A stretch of 64,000 nt of DNA from Octopus sinensis (lineage: Eukaryota): positions 3,782,001 through 3,846,000 of the forward strand of contig NC_043024.1 of NCBI RefSeq assembly GCF_006345805.1, given 5' to 3'. The notes beneath the pieces are model-generated. The model had not been told where the DNA came from. It searched no databases and was given only the letters and a program-made list of their open reading frames with translations. Position 1 is the stretch's first letter. The number at the start of each line of letters is the position of its first letter. The translations under genes and the position numbers were made by a program. Positions 27,623 through 39,320 of the stretch are shown piece after piece.

Positions 27623-28098
27623 ATTACAAATAATGGACTGCACATGAATTTTAACAGCAAGACCTTGTATGGACCCACATAAATATAAATATACACAGCT
27701 TAATTTTAATTATCACCAACCTGCTTGGCAACCATGTAGTTTTGAGTTCAGTTCTACTGCACAGCACCTTAGGCAAGTTGTCTCCAACTAATACCCGCAG
27801 GGCAACCAAGTGAATTTGGTAGATGGCAACTGTGTGTATACATACACACACAAATAATATATATACATCCTAGATGTGAATGGATTTATAATAGAAGAGT
27901 AAAGCTACTTAGTGGCTCCATCATTGATTTACATAAACAGCAGTTAAATACTGGAGTTGATTCAATCTCTTAACTAGAAAATTAAATTTCATGGTTATTC
28001 CATTTATGATATTAAATACCTAGCAAAGAATAATTTTTTTTTTCTGCAAGACACTTTGCCTCAATAAACTCCACATAGCTTGACAAAGTATAGTTCCA

Positions 28099-28326
28099 TT
28101 AATCCTTTCGTTACTGTATTTATTTTGAGATGCTCTGTGTTTCTTTCAGTTACTTTAAATATAACAAAGAATTTAGTAAAATAACTGAGTTATCATTCAG
28201 TTAGTGTTAGGAGCATAAATTGTGACTAAAGTTTGGTGGAAGATTTTAATTCAAATCTTATGAAAACAAGACATTTGTACTCAGAGCCAGAGCCAGTTTC
28301 AGCCGGGTTGGTAATGAAAGGGTCAA
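28099..28326. mobile_element. TTAA-CCC-ended MITE inserted into an older ~350-bp tandemly duplicated repeat
   Basis: TIRs ttaatcctttcgttac / gtaatgaaagggtcaa, flanked by the direct repeat atagttcca. Confidence 0.65.
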
Positions 28327-28918
28327 ATAGTTCCAAAAATGACATTACCCAACAAAAGATAGACTGATCTTTAAAACTACTTTCTACAGTTAAAGGTAAT
28401 ACAATTTTGAGTTGATATATCTGATTTCAGCAGTAAAAGGTTAATATTTCTGTAGAATATCCTAGATGTAAATGGATTTATAAAAGATTATGACTACCTA
28501 GTGGTTCCCCTTTTCAGGTTTTGTTTTCTTTATTAGCAGTATTTAAATACTGGAGTTGATTTAACTCTTTAACTGCAAAAATAAATTTTAAGGTCATTCA
28601 AGTAATGATGTTAAATATTTACCAAAATTAGAATTGGTATTTTCTGCAAGTTACATTGCCTCACTAAACTTGACATATATCAACAAAAAATAATTCCAAA
28701 CATGACATTTCTTCAACAAAAGATAGACTGGTATGCAGAACATCTTTCTGCAGTTAAGGGCAATGAAATTTTGAGTGGCTGTATCTGATTTCTAGTGCAA
28801 AAGGGTTAAGTTAATGATTCTCAAGACTGGTATAATGTTAATTAATCAAAGCTCCTCATCATTGTTGTAGTGACAGAAAGCTTGCTAATGGTCTGCTTTG
28901 ATTGTGTTGTTGCAACAG

Positions 28919-29063
28919 GTCACTCACCATAACCATGGTCCTGCAACTATACTCCATGCCAGACAAGCCCTACTCCATGCCAGGACATTACGACTCCAGT
29001 CCTACAACAATTACCTCAGGCATTTCAAGTTGAAAACTCCAAAGACGTTTATTGAGCTGACAG
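28919..29063 (+). CDS. PTGS-like: COX/PTGS-like gene, coding exon d (145 nt, phase 0-1): VTHHNHGPATILHARQALLHARTLRLQSYNNYLRHFKLKTPKTFIELT
   Basis: gcaacag acceptor and ACAG|gtaagc donor. Matches PTGS VAGGRNVPP...[27 protein letters not shown], one codon shorter, frame preserved. Confidence 0.92.
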
Positions 29064-29074
29064 GTAAGCTGGTA

Positions 29075-29500
29075 CCTCTCCTATTCCCTCTTCTCTCTCT
29101 CTCTCTCTCTTTCCATCTCTCCCATTTCCCTCTTCTCTCTTTCTCTCTTTCCATCTCTCCCATTCCCTTCTCTCTCTCTCTCTCTTTCCATCTCTTCCAC
29201 TCCCCTCTTCTCTCTCTCTCTCTCTCTTTCCATCTCTCCCATTCCCCTCTTCTCTCTCTCTCTCTTTCCATCTCTCCTATTCCCTTCTCTCTCTCTCTTT
29301 CCATCTCTCCCATTCCCCTCTTCTCTCTCTCTCTTTCCATCTCTCCCATTCCCCTCTTCTCTCTCTCTCTCTTTCCATCTCTCCTATTCCCTTCTCTCTC
29401 TCTCTTTCCATCTCTCCCATTCCCCTCTTCTCTCTCTCTCTTTCCATCTCTCCCATTCCCTTCTCTCTCTCTCTTTCCATCTCTCCTATTTCTCTCAATT
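29075..29500 (+). repeat. Pyrimidine minisatellite (about 31-34 bp unit ctttccatctctcccattcccctcttctctctct) immediately after exon d
   Basis: Roughly a dozen tandem units are visible; they extend the exon d ORF into a spurious SLSL/FPS tail. Confidence 0.9.
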
Positions 29501-29885
29501 TGTAAATTTCCTCCTATCCACCCACCCATCCATCTCTAACAAATCAAGCAATCGCATGCTGGTCCCTTCATTGGCTGTTCTTCAAGTAGCTGTTGTCTGA
29601 AGTACACTGGATGAGATCTCAGGTAAAGCAAAACAGATGGAAAAATATCAACTCAACCTCGCCCAACCGATCCAAATTGTTTTAATCCTGCAATTTTTTT
29701 CTATCCTTTCTTTCATATATCAGGTGTGGATGTGTGGTAGGAAGCTGACTTCCCAACCACATGGTTCCAGTTTCAGTCCCACCGTGTGGCACCTTCAGCA
29801 AATGTCTTCTACTATAACTTCGGTCTAACTGAACGAAGCCTTTTGAGTGGATTTGGCAGACAGAAATTAAGAGAAGGTCTTAAGT

Positions 29886-29955
<70 letters not shown>

Positions 29956-30213
29956 TATATATATATATATATATATGTATGTATATAATTGTGCATGTGT
30001 CTTTGTACCCTTATCACTGCTTGACAACTAGTGTTGGTATGTTTAAGTCCCCGTTACTTAGTGGTTCAACAAGAGATACTGATAGAAAAAGTACTAGGCT
30101 TAAAAAAAAAAAAAGGATTCTGGAGTTGATTTGTTCAACTAAAACTCCACTCCACAAGGCAGTGGTCCAGCATGGCTGCAGTCAAATGACTGAAACAAAG
30201 AAAAGAATAAAAG

Positions 30214-30244
<31 letters not shown>

Positions 30245-30272
30245 ATATATATATGTATATATATATGTATAA

Positions 30273-30547
30273 TCGTGTCCGTTGCCAGCCTCGCCTGGCC
30301 CCTGTGCCGGTGACACGTAAAAGCACCATCCGTTCGTGGCCGTTTGCCAGCTCTGTCTGGCCCCGTGTCGGTGGCACATAAAAGCACCATCCGTTCGTGT
30401 CCGTTGCCAGCCTCGCCTGGCCCCCGTGCCGGTGACACGTAAAAGCACCATCCGTTCGTGGCCGTTTGCCAGCTCTGTCTGGCCCCGTGTTGGTGGCACG
30501 TAAAAGCACCATCTGTTCGTGTCCGTTGCCAGCCTCGCCTGGCCCCC
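30273..30547. repeat. 61-bp tandem repeat with 122-bp higher-order (ABABA') structure
   Basis: Units start at 30273, 30334, 30395, 30456 and 30517, alternating two variants. The core ggtggcacgtaaaagcacc is shared with dispersed repeat family D. Confidence 0.9.
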
Positions 30548-30603
30548 ATGTATATATATATATACACACACAACACACACGCACTCTTCCTTGCTGCCAA
30601 TAT

Positions 30604-31059
30604 ATGTCATCACCTGACATGTGGTATGTCATGCACCTGTACAGGCAACATCAATTTGATGGAGAGAGCGAGCTTATGTCTACCCAAACATTTGATTACT
30701 ATAAACAGATCATCTGAGTGGTTGTTCAGTGAGAAATTGCAGAACACTCATAACGTCATCTAACAACAGGAGAATCCATGGAACACACACACACATACAC
30801 ACACTCTCTCTCTTCCTAGCTACCAATATATATATATATATACACACACACATATACATGTGTGTGTGTGTGGGAGGTGTCATGGATTCTCCTGTTGTTA
30901 GAGGACATTGTGGCGGGTTTGACAATTTCTTGCTGAACAACCAAACGGATGATTTGTTTATAGTGATCAAATGTTTGCAATGCACACAAGCTCATTCCCT
31001 CCATCAAATTGACATTACCTGTACAGGTGCATGACATACCACATGTCAGGTGATGACAT
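30604..31059. mobile_element. Fold-back element / MITE with ~175-bp imperfect inverted arms
   Basis: 30604-30780 is the reverse complement of 30881-31059 (atgtcatcacctgacatgtggtatgtcatgcacctgtacagg... / ...cctgtacaggtgcatgacataccacatgtcaggtgatgacat), with a ~100-bp microsatellite spacer. Confidence 0.75.
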
Positions 31060-31529
31060 GATTGCAGAGCAGTGTGAAATGTAGTGTTTTGCTCAGGGCC
31101 ACAATGCAACATCCAGTCCAGGAATCAAAACCACAATTGCGAGTGCAACACCCAAACCATTAAGCCATATACCTTCACAAGAAAACGGGCAGAGTGCCAG
31201 ATGACTTGACCAACCCAAATAACACTTCTTTTCATCCATAAAAATCATGTCTGAAACAGCTGTAGTGAACTGCAATCCAACTGTTATTATTTTTTATTCT
31301 TCACCTATAAGGTGGCCAGCTGGTAGAATTGTTAGCTCACTGGACAAAATGCTTAGTGGTATATCACCCATTGCTATGTTCTGAGTTCAAATTCTGCTGA
31401 GGTTGACTGCCTTTCAGCCTTTTGGGGTCGATAAAATAAGTACCAGTTGACGACTGGGGTTAATGTAATCGACTCATCCCCCTTTTCAGTTGTCGACTGT
31501 TAATTACTCTCTATTTCAAGCTTTCAACG

Positions 31530-31550
<21 letters not shown>

Positions 31551-31560
<10 letters not shown>

Positions 31561-31701
31561 TATTAGAGACAAAACCACTATTTTGCAAAACAAACAAGGA
31601 AAGACTTAATCAATACATAAAATATTTTATTTTATGTATTGATTAAGTCTTTCCTTGTTTGTTTTGCAAAATAGTGGTTTTGTCTCTAATAATATTTTAT
31701 A
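31551..31701. repeat. Perfect palindrome (about 73-bp arms, 5-nt loop) next to (TA)n
   Basis: tataaaatattattagagacaaaaccac...caatacataaaat | atttt | attttatgtattg...gtggttttgtctctaataatattttata. Confidence 0.9.
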
Positions 31702-31777
31702 ATATTTTACTATAAAATGGATTTAATCCTAAATCTGATTTTTTCCCTGTAAATTTGGATTTATTCCCTAATATTTA

Positions 31778-31827
<50 letters not shown>

Positions 31828-32595
31828 GTGTATGTGTGTGTGTAAGAATGTATCCAGCTGTAGACTTAAATAAGTCAGTCAGGGGCCATATGTAACATAT
31901 ATCAACCATAAATCACTTACATAACTTTACAGTTGTATAATATATATCACCATCAGCACCGTGACCGACCAGGCTATCAGATGTTGCTACACATCACTGG
32001 TCACAATGAACTTTGCATTGTTTTAGCCTTCAAATGACGTCACCCCGCTGGGTGTTTATGTCACCTGTAACTTACGGGTCAGTAAAAGGGATTGATAGAA
32101 TAAGTACTAGGCTTACAAAGAATAAGTCCTGGGGTCGATTTGTTCAATTAAAGGTGGTGCTCCAGCATGGCCACAGTCAAATGACTGAAACAAGGAAAAA
32201 AATAACAGAATATATATTCTTTTATTCTTTTACTCTTTTATTTATTTCAGTCATTTGACTACAACCATGCTGGAGCACTGCTTTGCGGGGTTTTAGTTGA
32301 ACAAACTGGGCCCAAGTTATTTTTGCCGAACCGCTAAGTTATGGGGACATAAACACACCAACACCAGTTGTGAAGCAGTGATGGTGGGGTGGGGGCAAAC
32401 ACAGGCACATAGACTCACATGCATGCATGCACACACACGCACACATACGACAGGCTTCTTTCAGTTTCTGTCTACCAAATCCACTCACAAGGCTTTGGTC
32501 TGAACCAAGAACAATGTTCTTGGTAAGCAAAGTACTTACCACACAGCCACTTCAGTACCTATATGTATATATATATATACATATATATATGTATG

Positions 32596-32631
<36 letters not shown>

Positions 32632-32671
32632 TGTACGTGTATGTATGTATATACATATGTATATATGTACG

Positions 32672-32739
<68 letters not shown>

Positions 32740-32761
32740 TGTTACATTTACTCAATAGTCA

Positions 32762-32824
32762 AGATAAAACTCTGAGTTTCAGATGCCGAAGTGGAAATCC
32801 ACAACACCATCTCTTCGGTTATCT
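32762..32824 (-). ncRNA. Hammerhead ribozyme motif with a core mutation (CCGAAGA), PLE 3' pLTR
   Basis: AGAUAA-CCGAAGA-stem II-GAA-ACU CAG AGU-U-UUAUCU. Lies about 700 nt downstream of the PLE endonuclease relic on the same strand; homologous to 57694-57756. Confidence 0.55.
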
Positions 32825-33510
32825 GGCCATCTGAAAAACACTATGAAAAACTACCGTTATATAAAGGGAAATTACTGTATTATAATTCTGCTCGCGAACC
32901 TGCGTGCGTACTTATACGTCACTATGAAAACGTACACATCTTCACTTGCATTTTTCACCAAATATATACGCATATATATACCTCATACACGCACACATGC
33001 GTACCGTAAAAGTTCATACATACGTCTATATACGCACAAACACAAGAAAAGCCATGGTTAAAGATTACAGAAAAAAACATAAGGAAGTATACAAAGCATA
33101 AAAATCACGTTCATATACGGACATGCCCCTATGCACTCATACACACACACGCCCATATATGTACATACCCGCACATATTTATATATGCATACATACACAC
33201 GCATATACAAAAAATGAATATACATATGTCCCCTCCCCCAAAAAAATTTTGAAAAATACTAAGTAAAAACGTCTATATATATATGTGCATTCTTATGCCC
33301 GCAAACACGCACACATCTAAAACTGCCCACTCATACATATTCACACACGTGTACAAATAATCTATATACACGTCTATATAGGCACAGGAAAAAATGCAGG
33401 ATAGAAAAGTACAGAAAAAATTATTATGTGTGAAAATATAAAAATATATGAAATAATAAAAGGTATAATGAGATAAAAAACTTTTTGGGACATAACATAG
33501 AAAGCAAGTT

Positions 33511-33712
33511 CTATCTGTTTTCTTTAGGGGACCAAAAACGTAACAAAAATTTAGTCACATGTGGGCATGATCCGAAAAGTTCTGTCCTTGAGTTTAGACA
33601 TGTAGTAGGGTCTAAGCTGCTTTTCCAGATAAGCCAGCTCTCCATGTCGCATAGACCGCACCTTCCGCTGCCTTTGGTATAGGGCTTACATTTGGCCAAA
33701 ATCTTCCAATGG
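33511..33712 (-). mobile_element. Penelope-like element GIY-YIG endonuclease C-terminal relic
   Basis: WKILAKCKPYTKGSGRCGLCDMESWLIWKSSLDPTTCLNSRTELFGSCPHVTKFLL matches the PLE pattern W.IL....PY......C.LC..E...I......LN.R.E....C.H..K.LL. Confidence 0.75.
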
Positions 33713-33976
33713 ATGTTATATATATATATACATATATATATACATATATATATGATGGACTTCTTTCAGTTTCCGTCTACCAAATCCACTCACAAGGCTT
33801 TGGTCAGTCCGAGACTATAGTAGAAGACACCTGCCCAAGGTGCCATGCAGTGGGACTGAACCTAGAACCAGGTGGTTGAAAAGTAAGCTTTTTACCACAC
33901 AACCTCGTCTATGCCTATATATGTGTATTTTCTTATTTTCCATATATATTTTTTTTCTTATTTTTCATAAATCCAG

Positions 33977-34365
33977 GTGACTGGGCCACAGCAAAGGAAC
34001 TAGAAGAATTGTATGGTGATGTGGAAGCAGTGGAGTTCATTATTGGTGTACTCTGTGCTCGCAGAGCTCCTCATGCCATGTTCAACCTGATGGTGCAAGA
34101 GGCTGGCGCACTGCTCTCCTTACAGAGCCTCCAGTCCAGTCTCTTGTACATGAAGGCCAGAGGACTGTTAGACAACTACGGCAGTATCGTTGTCAACAAC
34201 ATAGTAAGTACGGCCAGTTATGCAAACCTGATCTGCAGCAACATCAAACAGCCGTGTCCACCTGTCACTCTCTTTGTCCCTTGGTGGGATCATTATTATG
34301 AAGAGTCTTTTAATTTGGCTGAATGGGATGCTGAAGAAAAAGGCTGCGAATTGAGCGAATTCTGA
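33977..34365 (+). CDS. PTGS-like: COX/PTGS-like gene, last coding exon (phase 1, ends TGA): (G)DWATAKELEELYGDVEAVEF...EAGALLSLQSL...LICSNIKQPCP...CELSEF*
   Basis: tttttcataaatccag acceptor. Matches PTGS EKEMSAELEALYGDIDAVELY...VGAPFSLKGL...NTASIQSLICNNVKGCP; the Ser530 equivalent and the C-terminal Cys pair are retained. Confidence 0.95.
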
Positions 34366-35161
34366 AATATCTTGTTCATCACTGTTTCATATACACATGT
34401 GTATGTATGTATACATGAGTTTGTGTGTGTATGTATGTACGTATATATGTATGTATATATGTATGTATATATATGTGTGTTTGTGTGTGTGTATGTATGT
34501 ATGTATATATATACATATATATATATGTGTGTGTGTATATAAGTACGTACGTATATAAGTACGTACATGTATATGTATATAAGTACGTACACATATATGT
34601 ATTCATGCATATTTAGTAAAATAGGAAAATAGAATTCTCCAGACACAATTGTTTTTTAATAGGCTCAGGCATGAATGAGTGGTAAGAAGCTTGCTTCCCA
34701 ACCACATGGTTCTGGGTTCAATCCCACTGCATGGCACTGTAGCCTCAGGCTGACCAAAGCCTTGTGAGTGAATTTAGGAAATGAAATCTGAAAGAAGCCC
34801 ATCGTATATATGTGTGTGTGTGTGTGTGTGTCTGTTTGTCCCTCCACCATCACTTGACAACCACCACTGGTGTGTTTATGTCCCCATAAGTTAGCTGTTC
34901 GGCAAAAAGAGAACCGATAGAACATGTACCAGGCCTTCAAAGAATAGGTCCTCGGGTTGATTTGTTTGACTAAAGGCGGTGCTCCAGCATGGCTGCAGTC
35001 AAATGACTGAAACGAGTAAAAGAATAAAAGAATATATACAATTTTTAAAATAATAATCAACAGAAGTTACAATGTTGACTGTTTTGTGCATTGGCACATC
35101 AATAAACGTATACATGTATATATGTGGTGTGTTAGATGAATTTATGGAAAGGTATCCCATA

Positions 35162-35192
<31 letters not shown>

Positions 35193-35267
35193 TATTATGG
35201 TCCCGGGTTGAGTCGAGGTTAACCACAGTAAATAAGGTACTCAATACATAGCAGAGTAAATTAATTT

Positions 35268-35388
35268 TTTTATAGAAGGAGCTTCTACAGGACTAGAACT
35301 GTTTCATTCAATGAAATCATCAGGAAGCTTCCTGATGATTTCATTTGAATGAAACAGTTCTAGTCCTGTAGAAGCTCCTTCTATAAAA
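35268..35388. repeat. Near-perfect 121-bp palindrome centred on AAGCTT (one 1-nt indel between arms)
   Basis: Left arm 35268-35327 is the reverse complement of right arm 35328-35388. Confidence 0.92.
35327..35375 (+). ncRNA. Type I hammerhead ribozyme motif (mirror copy on the - strand at about 35281-35328)
   Basis: GCUUC-CUGAUGA-UUUCAUUUGAAU-GAA-ACAG UUCUAGUC CUGU-A-GAAGC: stem I 5-6 bp, full core, stem III 4 bp, GUA triplet, predicted cut after 35370. Stem II is weak. Confidence 0.7.
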
Positions 35389-35410
35389 TATATATATATA
35401 TATATATATC

Positions 35411-35444
<34 letters not shown>

Positions 35445-35738
35445 TACATACATATATATATATATGTATATATCTATATGTAATAAGGATAATGTCATTA
35501 TTTAATGAATTTATCAGTGGCCAGCATACTAAAATACCATAAAGGTTAATTTCTATTAAAATTTCGATAAGGGCATTGAATAATTTCAACACCAGTCTGC
35601 TAGAAATAGACCCCAAATGCTCCATAAACCACTAAAAATTTTTACTCCACAACAAAAAGTTTGTAAGTGAGGAAAATAGACAGGGAACATTATAAAATAT
35701 TTGTATTCAATGCCCTTATTGAAATTTTAATGCATATA

Positions 35739-35782
<44 letters not shown>

Positions 35783-36277
35783 GGTATATATATATATATA
35801 CACATTTATATAGTTATATAGATAATAGGTTATATTTGATACCATACTTGCATAATTAATATAGTGATATATATATGTACATATATGTGTGTATATATAT
35901 ATCATCACCATTTAATATCCATTTACTATGCTGGCATGGGTTATATATATGTGTGTGTGTTTGTGTATGTATGTATATATATATATAATATACATATATA
36001 TATATATATATATGTGTGTGGTGTGTGTGTATTGTTTTCTTTTATTCTTTTACTTGTTTCAGTCATTTGACTGCGGCCATACTGGAGGACGACCTTAAGG
36101 GGTGTTTTAGTTCAACAAATTGACCAAGGACTTATTCTTTGAAAGCCTTGTACTTATTCTGATTGTCTTTTTTGCAGAACCACTAAGTTATGGGGACATA
36201 AACAAACCAACATCAGTTGCCAAGCGATGGTGGGGGACAAATACAGATACAAACGCACAAAATGCATACATACTTAC

Positions 36278-36289
<12 letters not shown>

Positions 36290-36354
<65 letters not shown>

Positions 36355-36470
36355 GTTACTATAATATAAAATATTAATATATGTATATATATATATATGT
36401 ATATAATATATAGTATATATATAATAGATATTTATAATAATATATATATGTAATATATAATATATATATG

Positions 36471-36503
<33 letters not shown>

Positions 36504-36506
36504 GTA

Positions 36507-36540
<34 letters not shown>

Positions 36541-36743
36541 TATATATGTAATATATATATAATATATATATGTATATGTATATGTATATGATATATATAT
36601 ATGTATATATATGTATATTATATATATTATATATATGTATATATATAATATATATATATTATATATATGTATATATATTATATGTATATAATATATATAA
36701 TATATATATGTAGATATATATATGTAATAATATATAATATATG

Positions 36744-36774
<31 letters not shown>

Positions 36775-36931
36775 GTATATATAATATATTATATTTATAG
36801 ATATATATATGTTATATATATATAATATTATATATATATATGTATATATAATATATGTATAATATATATATATATGTATATATATATAATATATGTATAC
36901 TTATATATATATGTATATATAGTATAATATG

Positions 36932-36965
<34 letters not shown>

Positions 36966-36978
36966 TATATGTATATGA

Positions 36979-37009
<31 letters not shown>

Positions 37010-37037
37010 ATATAATATTATGTTATATATATATATT

Positions 37038-37068
<31 letters not shown>

Positions 37069-37088
37069 GTTATTATATATATATCTGT

Positions 37089-37123
<35 letters not shown>

Positions 37124-37170
37124 GTAATATATATAATATGTATATATATATATATATATATAATATATGT

Positions 37171-37204
<34 letters not shown>

Positions 37205-37379
37205 TATATATATATGTATATATATATACATATGTATATATATGTATATATATATATATGATATATATATATATATATATATATTGTAGATATATTTATA
37301 TATATATATATATATATATGTATTATAGATATAATGTATATATGATATATATATTGTATATATATATAATAATATATGT

Positions 37380-37411
<32 letters not shown>

Positions 37412-37474
37412 AATATAATATATATGTATAAGTTATATATAATGTATATATATATATATGTATATATATATATG

Positions 37475-37505
<31 letters not shown>

Positions 37506-37590
37506 GTATTATAAGGAAGTCATATATATTATATGTATATATATATATGTAGTATAGATATATATAGTATATATATATATAATATATATA

Positions 37591-37621
<31 letters not shown>

Positions 37622-38010
37622 TATATTATGTATATATATATGTAATATATATATATATATTATATATACGTTTAAAAGATATTTGTTGTGCAAGATTTTT
37701 TATGTGAAGTCGTGGTGTTGGGAAACAGATATTGTTATACTTCGGAATTGTCATATTGCCAGTTTAGCCATAAAAAACACACGCACTATATATTTGGTGT
37801 TATTTTGCTTCAGTGATATTTATTTTTTACTTTGGCCGAAATAAATAAGATTAATGTAAAAAATAAATATCACTGAAGCAAAATACACACAAATATATAG
37901 TGCGTGTGTTTTTATTGGCTAAACTGGCAATTGACCATTCGAATAATAACAATATGTAATATATATATAGATCTATATAATGTAATATATAATATATATG
38001 TATAATATAC

Positions 38011-38041
<31 letters not shown>

Positions 38042-38206
38042 ATATATATGTATATATATATATATGTAATATATATATATATATATATAATTGTATATAT
38101 ATATTATATATATGTGTATATATATATATATGTATATATATATATGTATATATCTATATATATATGTATATATATATATAATATATATATATACTAATAT
38201 ATATGC

Positions 38207-38278
<72 letters not shown>

Positions 38279-38598
38279 TATATAATGTACTATAATATAT
38301 TATATATATATTATATATATATATATGTAATATTGTTATATATATAATGTATATATATAATGTATATATATATATATATATAGATAATGTATATATATAT
38401 ATATAATGTATATATATATATATATGTATAATATATGTATATATATATATGTATATATATATATGTATATGTATATATATATATATGTATATATATATAT
38501 AGATATATAAATAATATTATATATATTATGTATATACTATATATGTATATAATATGTATATATATATTATGTATATATATATATATGTAATATATATG

Positions 38599-38629
<31 letters not shown>

Positions 38630-38699
38630 GTATATTATATATGTAATATATATATGTAATATAAAATTATGTATATGTAATTATATATATATTATATAG

Positions 38700-38734
<35 letters not shown>

Positions 38735-38797
38735 ATGTAGATATATATATATTATGTATATATAATATATATAATATATATATTATATATATATATG

Positions 38798-38828
<31 letters not shown>

Positions 38829-38969
38829 ATATATATATATATATAATATATATTATAGATATATATATATTATATAATATATATATATATATAATATATT
38901 AAATATATATATATATATATAATATATAATATATATATATAATATATTATAGCATATATATAATATATC

Positions 38970-39040
<71 letters not shown>

Positions 39041-39108
39041 CGTATAATATATATGTATATATATATATTGTATATATATATGTATATTATATAGTACCTA
39101 TATAGTTA

Positions 39109-39142
<34 letters not shown>

Positions 39143-39202
39143 TATATATATATTATATATGTATTATATATATTATATATAAATATATAGTATATATATA
39201 TA

Positions 39203-39241
<39 letters not shown>

Positions 39242-39320
39242 TGTTATATATATATATAATATGTATATGTATATGTATATTATATATATATATAGTATAT
39301 ACATATATCTATATATATAC
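36290..39320. repeat. About 3-kb degenerate (TA)n/(TATG) array with an embedded inverted repeat at 37729-37955
   Basis: Direct reading of the sequence; source of all the Y/I-rich ORFs. Confidence 0.95.
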
